Shown: in pieces, positions 28,107 through 38,113 of the stretch
How positions within the stretch are numbered: the first letter of the stretch is position 1
Layout of the letters: each line of letters begins with the position of its first letter
NCBI GenBank assembly: GCA_022729235.1
Contig: JALDAJ010000001.1
Location: 480,001 to 544,000, forward strand
Origin: Candidatus Nanohalarchaeota archaeon
GTDB taxonomy: Archaea > Nanohalarchaeota > Nanosalinia > Nanosalinales > Nanosalinaceae
DNA: 64,000 nt
Direction: 5' to 3'
Position numbers and translations under genes: made by a program
Notes under the pieces: generated by a model
Told to the model about the DNA's origin: nothing
The model's input: the letters and a program-made list of their open reading frames with translations, nothing else
The model's database searches: none

Positions 28107-28739
28107 TTGAAAATACTCCTGTTATCCAAAAACTTCTGTGACGGAGAAGGTATATCCGAGTACTGCAAGTCCATCGCGTCTTACCTGGTGGAGGAAGGTC
28201 ACGAGACGGCTATAGTCTCTTTCGATGACGGCTCATACTACTCTGTCGATGAAGAAGTTGACGTTTACAGGGTTCCTGTCCATTTCGATGGGGACAACAT
28301 CTATAACTGGGCGATGGTCCTCAACAACGAGTTGAAGCGGCAGGCGCGCGAGCTTTTTGAACAGGACGACTTTGATGTTATACATGCTAACGACTGGTCT
28401 ACTGTTCCAGGAGGAGTCGCGCTCTCCAGGCATCTCGAAAAGCCGCTGGTGGTTACTATGCACTCCACCGAGAATGAACGCGGCTTCGAGGGAGAGCACG
28501 CGCCGATGATATCAGAGCTTGAATGGCAGGGCGCTGGGGAGGCGGACCGCGTGTTCGCGACCAAACACGATACTAAGAACTCGCTGCTGTTCGATCTGGA
28601 TGTTCCGGAAGAAAAGATACGTGTTATCGATCCTTACAGCGGCGAGTGGCGAGAAAGAGTTTTAAACAACTACAGAGAACTTCTTGAAAAAGACGAGGAC
28701 GCGTCTAAATCGCTAAAACAGGAGCAGAGAGGAAACTAA
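28107..28739 (+). CDS. GT4 glycosyltransferase N-terminal domain only (TTG start)
   Basis: DVIHANDW, LVVTMHSTE; 210 aa with no EPFG..E donor-binding domain. Confidence 0.8.
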   Translation: MKILLLSKNFCDGEGISEYCKSIASYLVEEGHETAIVSFDDGSYYSVDEEVDVYRVPVHFDGDNIYNWAMVLNNELKRQARELFEQDDFDVIHANDWSTVPGGVALSRHLEKPLVVTMHSTENERGFEGEHAPMISELEWQGAGEADRVFATKHDTKNSLLFDLDVPEEKIRVIDPYSGEWRERVLNNYRELLEKDEDASKSLKQEQRGN

Positions 28740-28742
28740 TCT

Positions 28743-29888
28743 ATGAGACCGCTTTTCATCACATGGGAATACCCGCCTTTCAAGGCAGGGGGTATAGCCG
28801 CGCACTGTGAGGATCTTACCACGACTCTCGCAGACCAGGGGCACGAGCCGGTTGTTGTAACTTTCGGTCCCGAGGAGGAGAAAGAGTACCGCGACGGCGT
28901 TGAGATTCACAGGGTTCCTTCCACGGACTCTGCTGCAGACACTATCTCCTGGGCGATGAAACTGGGTCACGAGATGGAGAAGAAGGCGATCGAACTGGAT
29001 AAGCAGAAAGACTTTGACCTGGTCCATGCACACGACTGGATGGCGGTACCTGGCGCCACAGGTATCAAGAACACTCTGGACCTTCCAATGGTCTTCACAG
29101 TCCACTCCACGCAGGAGGGAAGGGACGGTATCGACTCTGAATACCAGCAGACAATCCACAACCTGGAATGGTACGGTACCTACCAGGCGGAAGAGGTCAT
29201 CACAGTCGGTAGAGAGTTCTGCGAGGAGGTGAAACATACTTTCCAGGTGCCAAAGGATAAGATCAATTACATCCCGAACGGTGTTGACCTGGAGAAGTTT
29301 GATTCCCACTCTACAAGTCTCAACTATAACGACTATGCGCTGGACTGGGAGAAAATAATACTGTTCGTCGGGCGCATGTATCCGCAGAAAGGACCGGGAC
29401 ACCTTATCGAGGCGATGCCAAACATAATCGATTCCAATCCTGAAGCAAAGTTCGTTATGGTCGGATCCGGAGCTACAGAGCACTACAAGGGTATCGCGAA
29501 GAAACAGGTTGGTGACAAGGTACACTTCCCGGGTTACGTGTCGGATAAGGAACTCCTATCGCTTATGAAGACTGCGGAGATGACAGTCGCTCCATCAGTG
29601 TATGAGCCGTTCGGTATCGTCCCGCTGGAGGCTGCGGCGTGTGAAACACCAACGGTCGGTAGTTACGTCGGCGGGATGAAGGACACTATCATCCATGAAT
29701 ACACTGGTCTCCACTCCTATCCTGCGGACGCAGGAAGTATCGCTTACCAGGTTTCCCGTGCATTAAGCGATCCTGGCTGGGCGGACTGGATGGGCGACAA
29801 AGCCCGTGACCGCGTAGAAGACAACTTCCGCTGGGAACAGATAAGTGCGTGGACGACAGGTATCTACTCGAAGGCGGTAGAGAGGTAG
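28743..29888 (+). CDS. GT4 glycosyltransferase (1,4-alpha-glucan related)
   Basis: WEYPP..GG, HAHDW, VGRMYPQKG, PSVYEPFGIVPLE. Confidence 0.92.
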   Translation: MRPLFITWEYPPFKAGGIAAHCEDLTTTLADQGHEPVVVTFGPEEEKEYRDGVEIHRVPSTDSAADTISWAMKLGHEMEKKAIELDKQKDFDLVHAHDWMAVPGATGIKNTLDLPMVFTVHSTQEGRDGIDSEYQQTIHNLEWYGTYQAEEVITVGREFCEEVKHTFQVPKDKINYIPNGVDLEKFDSHSTSLNYNDYALDWEKIILFVGRMYPQKGPGHLIEAMPNIIDSNPEAKFVMVGSGATEHYKGIAKKQVGDKVHFPGYVSDKELLSLMKTAEMTVAPSVYEPFGIVPLEAAACETPTVGSYVGGMKDTIIHEYTGLHSYPADAGSIAYQVSRALSDPGWADWMGDKARDRVEDNFRWEQISAWTTGIYSKAVER

Positions 29889-30109
29889 TCAATTTCGGCT
29901 GTCCAGCCTTCTTCGCTGTGTAGAAATCTCACTTCATAATCTTGGTCCAGGGTATGTATCAGATACCTTGCGGATTTGGGCTTTCCTGTTGAGATCTCTG
30001 ATGTATGGCTGAGCTCCACCGAATACAGATCTCGGTCTAGCTGCGCCATTATATCTTCGACACTTTTGGTGTCGTATTTTACCTGTTCTAGAATTTCTTT
30101 GGGATCCAT
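29864..30109 (-). CDS. Hypothetical protein
   Basis: 81 aa ORF downstream of the GH15 gene; its 3' end overlaps the convergent GT4 gene. Confidence 0.5.
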   Translation of the reverse strand: MDPKEILEQVKYDTKSVEDIMAQLDRDLYSVELSHTSEISTGKPKSARYLIHTLDQDYEVRFLHSEEGWTAEIDYLSTAFE

Positions 30110-30129
30110 CCGTTGGGGTGTCCGCTAAA

Positions 30130-31185
30130 CTATAAATAACCGAGCTCGTCCGCGGCTACCACGAACATGGCGTGGCTCCATGCAAGCGGTTTTATCGAGT
30201 TCTGGATGTCGTTGCTAAATATCTGTTCCGGGATATATTTTCCGTCTATCCTTTCCAGGTAATCCTCGAAGTTCTCCTTTGCTTCGGCTTCCCTGCCCAG
30301 CTTTTTGAGCGCTACCAGGTACCAGAAGTACAGTAAGGGCCATCCGCCAGCACCTTTCTTGACGTGCCGGGTATGATGTATCATCCCATCGTACATGTCT
30401 TTCTCGTACCTCTTGACGCCGGTGTATGTCAAAAGTTTCTCCTCGATTAACTCTACAGTTCTCTCCAGTTTCTCGTCTCTCTCCACGGTGTCGAAGGGCC
30501 AGACCAGTCCAAGCAGACTCGCGTCGATACTGTCGTCAGGAAGCTCGCCCCAGGAACGCACGTAGCAGTCTTTTTCCTGTGACCTCAACTGATTTCTCAT
30601 CTGCTCGCTCGTTTCCAGGTACCTGTCCTTTCCTGCCGCCCCGTGCGCTCTCTCCAGTCCTTTACTGCACGCTGCCAGCGTGTAGGCAAAGTTCTCGTTC
30701 CTGTCCGTGAAGGCGCGGCGCTCCTCCCATAAGTCGAAGACCTCTGATTCGAACGAGTCGCTGTCCCACTTGTCGCAGAGACCGTCCGCGAGCAGTTTTG
30801 TAACCTCTTCTGTTAGTGGAGTCTCCTCTATCGACTGTATCGACCATAGCAGGGTACCTGCCTGGTCGGGCTGGTACTGGTGACCGAAATCCGGGTCTCG
30901 CGGACCATTGGTAAGGTAACGGTGGAAAACCAGTCCGTTGTCTGAAAATTCTTCGGCGCGCTCAACCATCCACTCAAGGAAGTTTTTCGTGACGTGATTC
31001 ATCTCCAGTCTGTCGGCGGCGTAGAGTATGAACGCGGCGTCTCTCGGCCAAATAAAACGGTAGTTCTGGACGTTCTTCGGGTAGTAAGGTTTGTCTGTGT
31101 TCGCCGCTACTATTGCGCCGTTTTCGATTTGGCAGTCCTGGATTACCTCTTTTGAAGACCTTACTAGCTCTTCAATGCGCCCCAT
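30130..31185 (-). CDS. Glucoamylase/glucan 1,4-alpha-glucosidase, GH15
   Basis: NGAIVAA, YRFIWPRD, YQPDQ, DLWEE, IPEQ, PLAWSHAMF. Confidence 0.92.
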   Translation of the reverse strand: MGRIEELVRSSKEVIQDCQIENGAIVAANTDKPYYPKNVQNYRFIWPRDAAFILYAADRLEMNHVTKNFLEWMVERAEEFSDNGLVFHRYLTNGPRDPDFGHQYQPDQAGTLLWSIQSIEETPLTEEVTKLLADGLCDKWDSDSFESEVFDLWEERRAFTDRNENFAYTLAACSKGLERAHGAAGKDRYLETSEQMRNQLRSQEKDCYVRSWGELPDDSIDASLLGLVWPFDTVERDEKLERTVELIEEKLLTYTGVKRYEKDMYDGMIHHTRHVKKGAGGWPLLYFWYLVALKKLGREAEAKENFEDYLERIDGKYIPEQIFSNDIQNSIKPLAWSHAMFVVAADELGYL

Positions 31186-31256
31186 ATGATGGATTTCAAT
31201 CTGCGGGTTCAAAAGATTTCTTAGTCTCTGGAACATGCAGAAGGAGTTACTCTTCT

Positions 31257-31970
31257 TTAACTAAAGCCATTGTTACGCAACCATGAAATCATCGAGTTAC
31301 GCATTTTCTGCTCTGCGCCACCAGAAAAACTGTGTTTCTCGCCTTCCAGTTTGTGCAGCATCACGTTGGTATTGAGCGCTTCTACCGCCTTCAGGCTGTG
31401 TTCCGGGTGGACCGTCGTGTCGGCGGAGCCGTGGAATATCGCGACAGGGACATCCAGTTCGTCCACGACCTCCTGAAAATTATACGTGTCGAAGTCTTCA
31501 AAGAAGCGCTGGTCGATAGGCTTGCCGTCGATATACTCGTACTCTCCCTTATTCTCCACGACTGATCGGAACTTGCCCATTATCTCGTTGTACGTCACCG
31601 GCGCCTTTGCGATAACTGCCCCGGGCTCAAGCTCTGTCGCGGCGTGGAACACTACTTTACCGCCGAACGAGGAGCCAAAGAGCACGTATTCTTCAGGATC
31701 GAAGTATTCGATAACTGCTTCAAGATCATCTATCTTCGAGCTTAACGATTGCTCTACGAAATCTCCGTCGCTCTCGCCGTTACCGCGGAAGTCGAAACGC
31801 ACCGCGTTGAAACCTTCTTCAACTGCTCGCTCACACCGTTCAACATAACTGCCTTCCTTGTCGCTCCCGAACCCGTGGCAGTAGAAGATCCATTTATCCG
31901 AGTCCGCTTCGTGGTGAACCGCGGCGACTTCTTCATCGTTCTCGACTTCTATGAAGTGTTTCTCAGTCAT
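31257..31970 (-). CDS. Alpha/beta hydrolase
   Basis: HGFGS, FDFRGNGES, nucleophile GSSFG, HGSAD, HSF. Confidence 0.9.
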   Translation of the reverse strand: MTEKHFIEVENDEEVAAVHHEADSDKWIFYCHGFGSDKEGSYVERCERAVEEGFNAVRFDFRGNGESDGDFVEQSLSSKIDDLEAVIEYFDPEEYVLFGSSFGGKVVFHAATELEPGAVIAKAPVTYNEIMGKFRSVVENKGEYEYIDGKPIDQRFFEDFDTYNFQEVVDELDVPVAIFHGSADTTVHPEHSLKAVEALNTNVMLHKLEGEKHSFSGGAEQKMRNSMISWLRNNGFS

Positions 31971-32398
31971 TGATGTTTCCCCTTGAATTTATTTGAGAGT
32001 CTGGGAACTAAATCTTCTGCTAGTTCAAGAGTGTCTTGAGCTTCTTTCTTAGTAATATCTTCACCTCTGTATTTTGAATCGTTACGTAGCTCTCTGAACT
32101 TGTTCAGTTTATTGACTTTTTCATAAGATATGTCGAGTTCTTCAAAGGCGTAAACTATTGATGCCTCATGATTGTAGGATTTGTATCCTTCTGATATGAG
32201 GAATGCGTTGATTATTTCTCTTATGGATTCGTAGGCGTCCTCCAGTATCAGGTCGGCGTTTTCTTTACTTACCTCTCTGTATTTCACGTAATCTAGCCTT
32301 TTCCGGGACTTGTTCTTCAGGCTTTTTCCTTGACTAGGATTAGGAGTCCTCTCCTGTACCGTTTCTTCTTCGATGAATCTTTCGAAGTCTTTCATCAT
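31967..32398 (-). CDS. HEPN-domain toxin
   Basis: GYKSYNHEA, FRELRNDSKY (Rx4Y-type HEPN motif); downstream of the MNT gene. Confidence 0.8.
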   Translation of the reverse strand: MMKDFERFIEEETVQERTPNPSQGKSLKNKSRKRLDYVKYREVSKENADLILEDAYESIREIINAFLISEGYKSYNHEASIVYAFEELDISYEKVNKLNKFRELRNDSKYRGEDITKKEAQDTLELAEDLVPRLSNKFKGKHQ

Positions 32399-32916
32399 AT
32401 CACTTTCAGGAAGCCTTTTAGCACGGTCCCGTTCGCCAGACTGTTTCGGAAGTTTTCGTTTACTTCATCCGTGCTGTCAATGTTGTGCAGGTTAATGTCT
32501 CTTTTTAGTTTTTCCTCGTATTTAGAAACTTCTAGGTCTTTCTGTCTTCCATTTACGATTGCTATATCTATATCAGAGTCTTTAAGATCTTCTCCTTTCT
32601 CAAAAGATCCGAATAAGACTATGGCATCAGCCCGAAGTTCTTTATCAATGAACGCTACTAGACCGGAGCTGTAAATAGTGTCTATGTTATAGAATCTCTT
32701 TAATCTACTGAAATCTTTGCCGGTAGAGATATTCTTTGTTACATTGGTTTTCTCTATTTCCAGTACTCCTTCAGCTAGTTCGTCTGCAATCTTCGAAACC
32801 CATCTGGGTGAAACGTTGCTTCTTCTTGAGAGTTCCCGTATAGATACCTCTAGCTCAGGATTATCAAAGAAAGGCTTCAGAACCTCTAACTCTTTTTCGT
32901 TTAGTTCAGTAAACAT
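32395..32916 (-). CDS. HTH plus minimal nucleotidyltransferase (MNT) antitoxin
   Basis: SIRELSRRSNVS HTH; LFGSFEKGEDLKDSDIDI. Confidence 0.88.
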   Translation of the reverse strand: MFTELNEKELEVLKPFFDNPELEVSIRELSRRSNVSPRWVSKIADELAEGVLEIEKTNVTKNISTGKDFSRLKRFYNIDTIYSSGLVAFIDKELRADAIVLFGSFEKGEDLKDSDIDIAIVNGRQKDLEVSKYEEKLKRDINLHNIDSTDEVNENFRNSLANGTVLKGFLKVI

Positions 32917-33004
32917 GTGTTTAGTTTGGTACACGAGTGTTTATAAAAATACACGTCTTATCCGGTCGAGAAACTTAAAACTGCTTTGTTTCTTATTGAG
33001 TTCC

Positions 33005-34150
33005 ATGTCCAGTATTTTTGATGACAGGATTAACCAGGTCGTGGGTTACAGGACACTACACGGTTTTGCTGTCGGCCTGGTCTCGATTTTCATCCCGATT
33101 TTTATAGCTCAGGAGGGCTTCCCTCCGGAGACAGTTTTCTCCTTCCTTTTCGTGCAACTTCTCGTTTTCACTCTTTCCGCTGTACCTATAGGCTGGCTTA
33201 CCTCAAGACTCGGTGTCAGGAATGTATTCCTGGGGTCATCGATTTTCTATGTTCTGGTTTTCCTGGTTTTGAGAGCGTTCACACTGGAGCCTCTCGTGAT
33301 TTATTCCGCCGCAGCTGTAATGGGAGTGGCGTTGGCGATGCACTGGATACCTGTTAATCTTGAGTTTACTGAGGGTAGCGAGGTTGAGAACCGGGGAAGC
33401 AGTTGGGGGCAGATTGAAGGCATACCTCAGATAGTTGGTCCGTTCGCGCCACTTCTGGGCGGTTTTATCTTGGACTACCTAGGTTTCAGCTTTCTGGTAA
33501 CTATATCCCTGATGCTGGCATCTATCTCGGTTCTGCCGATGGTTCTCGGCAGGAGTTTTGGAAAACCGGAGTTTGAGATCGGAGAGCATTTATCACCTAG
33601 GAAAGACATTGATCTCTGGCTTCTCTACTTTTTCGATGGGTTTTCTACTGCGGTGTACGCCTGGATATTCCCTCTTTTCATATTCTTCTCTGTCGGAGGC
33701 GTGATTGATGTCGGTGCAGTCCAGGCCCTCGCAGGTATAGCGGGAGGTCTGTTTTCTCTCGGCGCTGGCAGGCTCTCAGACAGGTTTGACAAGGCCAGAC
33801 TTGTTTTTGCAGGGGTGATTCTTGCCGCAGCAGTCTTTGTTTTCGTGCCGGGTCTTGAAGACCGGTGGGTTGCCTTCGTTGTTTCGTTTCTTTTGGGGCT
33901 TGTGTACATGTTCCACGTTATCCCTCTAGCATCAATTATAGCAGATATCGCTGATCAGAGAAGTGTTCTCGGGTTTTACTCGGTTAGAGAGATATTCCGG
34001 GGTATGGGATACGTTTCTCTGGTAGGTGCCACGGTGTTGCTGATATCGGCGTATTCCCTGGAAAAAGCTTTTTTGGTAGCGTTCTACGCTGGCGCTACGA
34101 CATTTATCGCTGTAGGAATACTTGTGTCCTTAGTTGACTCTAGGCGTTAG
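33005..34150 (+). CDS. MFS transporter
   Basis: Many hydrophobic TM segments; GWLTSRLGVR and GRLSDRFDK MFS loop motifs; likely start MSSIFDD. Confidence 0.88.
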   Translation: MSSIFDDRINQVVGYRTLHGFAVGLVSIFIPIFIAQEGFPPETVFSFLFVQLLVFTLSAVPIGWLTSRLGVRNVFLGSSIFYVLVFLVLRAFTLEPLVIYSAAAVMGVALAMHWIPVNLEFTEGSEVENRGSSWGQIEGIPQIVGPFAPLLGGFILDYLGFSFLVTISLMLASISVLPMVLGRSFGKPEFEIGEHLSPRKDIDLWLLYFFDGFSTAVYAWIFPLFIFFSVGGVIDVGAVQALAGIAGGLFSLGAGRLSDRFDKARLVFAGVILAAAVFVFVPGLEDRWVAFVVSFLLGLVYMFHVIPLASIIADIADQRSVLGFYSVREIFRGMGYVSLVGATVLLISAYSLEKAFLVAFYAGATTFIAVGILVSLVDSRR

Positions 34151-34163
34151 ATGCCGAGGTAAA

Positions 34164-35387
34164 TTAGCTTCTCAGCCTTTCATCGACCTGTTCCTGGAAG
34201 TCCATTACGTGTTCCATGATGACTCCGAATCCCTGGAAGGGATGGTCGAAGTAGGAGAAGTAGTTGTGGACTGCGTGGTCATCGTTCCATGACTTGGTGG
34301 CGATGTGGTGCAGGTGGTCGCTTGTCAATAGTTTCCTCCAGACCTCACTTACCTCCGGGTCGTCGAGTTCCTTGACTTTTTCCTCAAGTTTCTGCAGCCT
34401 GTCGAAAAGCCTTTTCTGTACAGGGTTGCCGAGCCATGCGCTTGCGTCCATCTCCTGGTCCGCCCATGAAACGGTGTTGTATTCGAACGCGTCGAACTCG
34501 CCGACCGGGTCTTTCTCCGCAACTTCTCTAACCTTTGCAAACCCGAGGTGGTCGTGTTTCAGGACTTCGTTCGGCAGTGATTCCAGAAACCAGAGAATAC
34601 CTGTTCCTTCCCAGTGGTGTTCGCCGAAGGTTTCGTAGTCCATGAAAAGGTTGACCATGTCGCCCTGGCACGCACTTAACCATGCGGCATATTTATCGGC
34701 GGTTAAAGGGTACTCGTTCCACCATTCCGCGGAGAAACGGTAACCGATATCGTCTGTTAGTTTCCTGTTTCTCAGTAGTATAGAGTTGCCGTTTTCCGTT
34801 ACGAAGTCCGGCTGAGTATAGGCGTGGTTCGGCGAGCGCCAGCCGAGTATCCTTGGAACACCTTCAGTGAATATGCCGCTGTATCCTTCCTCGCTTGCTA
34901 TCTTCCCTATCTCATTGTGGTATATAAGTTCGGTATTGGTCATGACCTGTGGAGTCACGCCAAAGGTATCTTCTATAACCTCCCGGTGCTTTCCCAGCTG
35001 GTGGCGGAACTCTCGCTTATCGTAGAAGAGTCCTGCAAGAGAGTGGTAGTGTGCCTGACCGATAAAATCAATGCTGTTATCAGGAAAGTCGCTGAGCATG
35101 TCGATGAGCTCCGGATGATACTGCTTTGCCTGTTCAACCCAGCTAGAGGAGATGGAGAAGTTGACTTTGAATTGCTCGCGTCTGTCTTTTCCCTCCCGTT
35201 TTTTTGCAATCCTGAGCAGTTTCTCGGTCGCGGGGAAATAGCAGTTTTCTGCGACGTCCTTGAAGAAGTGCTCGTTCATCGCATCGTCAAAATAACGGTC
35301 GTACAGGTTATCCGTGTCTTCGTTAACACCTTCGACTCTCAAGCGGTGAGGTTGATGCACCTCGAACGAGAGGGTTACTGGTAGCAT
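34164..35387 (-). CDS. GH57 alpha-amylase
   Basis: FEVHQP, HYHSL, NTELIY, FMDYETFGEH, LTSDH. Confidence 0.93.
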   Translation of the reverse strand: MLPVTLSFEVHQPHRLRVEGVNEDTDNLYDRYFDDAMNEHFFKDVAENCYFPATEKLLRIAKKREGKDRREQFKVNFSISSSWVEQAKQYHPELIDMLSDFPDNSIDFIGQAHYHSLAGLFYDKREFRHQLGKHREVIEDTFGVTPQVMTNTELIYHNEIGKIASEEGYSGIFTEGVPRILGWRSPNHAYTQPDFVTENGNSILLRNRKLTDDIGYRFSAEWWNEYPLTADKYAAWLSACQGDMVNLFMDYETFGEHHWEGTGILWFLESLPNEVLKHDHLGFAKVREVAEKDPVGEFDAFEYNTVSWADQEMDASAWLGNPVQKRLFDRLQKLEEKVKELDDPEVSEVWRKLLTSDHLHHIATKSWNDDHAVHNYFSYFDHPFQGFGVIMEHVMDFQEQVDERLRS

Positions 35388-35468
35388 AGCCTTGAATTAT
35401 CCCGCGTGTTTAAATCAGGGTGTGATTCTACCGTGGCGTTAAAAATCGATGCGGTCAATTGAAGATGT

Positions 35469-35702
35469 ATGAACGTGGAAACCCGGGAGACTGAAAGAGG
35501 TACCGAGATAAGAGTCGGGACCTCGCAAAAAGTTGCTGTAGCGGTCAAAACAGGTGAAGGCGAGCGCATCTACCTCCCGGAAGCTGACGGCTCTGACTCC
35601 AGCTACTACGTTGAAGAACCGGAGAGTCTGAGGAAGACCGATGAAGGCTACGTGGTACTACACCTCGGCGCAGTCGAGGACGTGGAAGTTATCAGTGGTT
35701 GA
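35469..35702 (+). CDS. Small hypothetical protein
   Basis: 77 aa, GERIYLP...SYY; divergent from the GH57 gene. Confidence 0.65.
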   Translation: MNVETRETERGTEIRVGTSQKVAVAVKTGEGERIYLPEADGSDSSYYVEEPESLRKTDEGYVVLHLGAVEDVEVISG

Positions 35703-35704
35703 TT

Positions 35705-36322
35705 ATGGATGATATGAGAAATGAAGTGAAGGAGGGCTACGAACAGGGAGACTATGAAGGCGAGTACCGGCAGGATAGAGAACTCCGGGATGAAGAAAAA
35801 CAGTTGCTTGATAAACTGTTCTCGGAGCTTGATCCGGGCGCAGAGATACTGGATTTAGGATGCGGTACAGGTCTACCGTTCGACAGGTATCTCGCGGAAA
35901 AAGGTTACAATGTTACCGGAGTGGATATCGCCGAGAACCATGTTGAAGCGGCGCGCCAGAATGTTCCTGATGCGGAGTTCCTGCAGGGAGACTTCTTTGA
36001 ACAGGAGTTTGGAGAGAACAGTTTCGATGCGGTTGTAAGTTTTTACGCCATATTCCACATCCCGAGAGATGAACATAGAGAGCTTTATGAACGGATTAAT
36101 TATTGGCTGAAAGATGCGGGTTACATGCTCGCCACCGTGGCAGGTGGAGAGATGGAAGAGTACAGGGACGAAGACTTTGTCGGTTCTGAAATGGTCTGGA
36201 GCTCCCATTCGCAGGAAAAGAACAGAGAGTTAATCGAGGATTCAGGTTTCTCAATAACTGAAACTTACGAGGAAAAAGATGACGAGCACCATCTCTGGAT
36301 ACTGGCCGAGAACACGGCTTAA
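35705..36322 (+). CDS. Class I SAM-dependent methyltransferase
   Basis: ILDLGCGTG, GVDIA, FDAVVSFYAIFH. Confidence 0.92.
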   Translation: MDDMRNEVKEGYEQGDYEGEYRQDRELRDEEKQLLDKLFSELDPGAEILDLGCGTGLPFDRYLAEKGYNVTGVDIAENHVEAARQNVPDAEFLQGDFFEQEFGENSFDAVVSFYAIFHIPRDEHRELYERINYWLKDAGYMLATVAGGEMEEYRDEDFVGSEMVWSSHSQEKNRELIEDSGFSITETYEEKDDEHHLWILAENTA

Positions 36323-37353
36323 AGATACCTGTAGATATCCCGTGTTTCCTCAGCGACCTCTTTCCAGCTCCTTGACTCGAACTCCGGCACTTCTCGCTCT
36401 AGAGCTTTTCCAATTCCTGACGCGATCGAGTCGGATTCAGGCTCCACGCTCACTATCGCGTTATCAGGGAGTACCTCTTCCGCACCGTTCCGGGTCGCGA
36501 CCACGGGTGTTCCTGCCTCGATAGCCTCTGTTAATGTAAGTCCGAACGGCTCGTTTATGGACGGCGAGACGAAAACGTCTGCGCTCGTGTAGTAGTCACC
36601 GAGCTCCTCTTCCGGTATGAATCCTTCAAAAATAACGTTTTCCTCGATACCGAGGAGTTCCACGAACTCCTCCAGCGGCTGGCGCATGTGTCCGTCTCCA
36701 CCCAGTACGAGTGTTCCGTTGTTGTCCTCCAGGAATTTGGAGAACCCATAGAGTAGGTGTTCCAGTCCTTTCTGCTCCGCGTGCCTTCCAACGTAGAAGA
36801 TCATGGTGTCGATACCCTGCTCTTCTTTGATGTTCCTGCCGTTGGTTTGAATCCGTGAGAACCCGTTGTGGACGACTTCTGGTTTTCTCCCGTATTGGTC
36901 TGTGACTTCGTCGGCGAGCATATCACTCACTGCTATAAGTTCATCTGACTCTTCCACTACTCCGCGCTCCATCTTTTCAAGCCTGTGAGAGGGGTTGCGG
37001 GAGCGCTGAGAGCTGAGTGAGTGAAATGTAGAGACCCATCTAACGTCCGCGTACTTCTTCGCCTTTAATCCGGGCTCGGCTCCGAACCAGTCGTGCGTGT
37101 GTATTATGTCGTAGTCGCGGGCAAGTTCGACGACCTCGCTGCTCATGTTTCTGGCGCGCTCTATCATGTCGCCCTCTCCGGTCTCCAGGGCGATCACATC
37201 TTCATCTTCCGGAGCTCTTTCTTCCGGCAGCGCGAGATCGATGTTTACTCCTAGCTCCTTTAGTTCATCGAAGAGGCGGGCTACATGTATGTCAAGTCCA
37301 CCGTCGATGTTCGGCGGGTATCCCCATCCCAGCATCAGGATTTTTTGATCCAT
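36319..37353 (-). CDS. GT4 glycosyltransferase
   Basis: GWGYPP..GGL, HTHDW, VGRHAEQKG, PSINEPFGLTLTE. Confidence 0.92.
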   Translation of the reverse strand: MDQKILMLGWGYPPNIDGGLDIHVARLFDELKELGVNIDLALPEERAPEDEDVIALETGEGDMIERARNMSSEVVELARDYDIIHTHDWFGAEPGLKAKKYADVRWVSTFHSLSSQRSRNPSHRLEKMERGVVEESDELIAVSDMLADEVTDQYGRKPEVVHNGFSRIQTNGRNIKEEQGIDTMIFYVGRHAEQKGLEHLLYGFSKFLEDNNGTLVLGGDGHMRQPLEEFVELLGIEENVIFEGFIPEEELGDYYTSADVFVSPSINEPFGLTLTEAIEAGTPVVATRNGAEEVLPDNAIVSVEPESDSIASGIGKALEREVPEFESRSWKEVAEETRDIYRYL

Positions 37354-37357
37354 GTAT

Positions 37358-37741
37358 CTAACTTTCTGGGTTGACGTCTTTTATTCCTGATATTTTCTCA
37401 AAATCCGTGTCTCCGGTTACTACTTCTGCTCCAACTTTTTGGGCTGTACCTGCTATCAGAATATCTGCGAGATTGATCTTTTTTCCTTGTTTTTCCAGAT
37501 TTTTCTCTATTTTTGCGGCTTCTTTTGCAGCATCATTACTCAGTTCCTTTTTATTTAGCCATTCTAAGTTTTCTTCCAGCGTCTCAAGATTATTTCCTGT
37601 TTTGAGTTCTCCTCTGAAGAGTTCGAACATTGAGATTGTTGAGGCATAGAAGGCTTCCTCGCTGTTTGCTTCCAGATAATTTATTGCGTATTCCTTACCT
37701 TTCAGGTAATCGACCAGAAAACTTGTGTCCAAGAATTTCAT
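37358..37741 (-). CDS. vapC: PIN-domain (VapC) toxin
   Basis: FLDTSFLVD, SMFEL, LADILIAGTA, VTGDTDF. Confidence 0.92.
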   Translation of the reverse strand: MKFLDTSFLVDYLKGKEYAINYLEANSEEAFYASTISMFELFRGELKTGNNLETLEENLEWLNKKELSNDAAKEAAKIEKNLEKQGKKINLADILIAGTAQKVGAEVVTGDTDFEKISGIKDVNPES

Positions 37742-37956
37742 TCGTCTTTCCTCAGATCTCTGTCTAATTTTTCTCTACCTTCCTTAATTACTTCGTCGAT
37801 ATTCTCTTTATCTTCCCAGCTTCCGAAACCTTTTCTGAAGTTCTTCTTGTTTTCTGTGACTTTCATTATGACCTCGCTGAAACTCTCATTTTCTTCCTTG
37901 AAACTTTTCAACCGTCTATAAGCTTCTTCTCGTATAGACAAACTCTTAGTTGCCAT
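37738..37956 (-). CDS. vapB: VapB antitoxin (archaeal DUF217 type)
   Basis: MATKSLSIREEAYRRLKSFKEENESFSEVI. Confidence 0.9.
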   Translation of the reverse strand: MATKSLSIREEAYRRLKSFKEENESFSEVIMKVTENKKNFRKGFGSWEDKENIDEVIKEGREKLDRDLRKDE

Positions 37957-37972
37957 GTACGTATATACGTAC
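37957..37972. promoter_or_regulatory. Perfect 16-bp palindromic operator abutting the vapB start
   Basis: GTACGTATATACGTAC. Confidence 0.7.
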
Positions 37973-38113
37973 GCATAAGTTAAGTGTCTTTGGACTGACT
38001 GGGATACCTTATAATCCGTTCTGGTACGGGGAAAGAGACTTTTCAGGCAGCGATTTCAGAAAATTTCGGCGATGTAAACTGCGGGAAGAGGAGAAAATAA
38101 ATAAGAAAGTGGG

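Noticed and set aside
28107-28742. Frameshifted full-length GT4
   Set aside because: The next gene begins 3 nt later with its own complete N-terminal domain; no orphan C-terminal domain is present
32717-33004. N-terminal extension of the 477-aa MFS ORF
   Set aside because: It lies antisense to the MNT gene and its promoter; the real start is most likely ATG 33005
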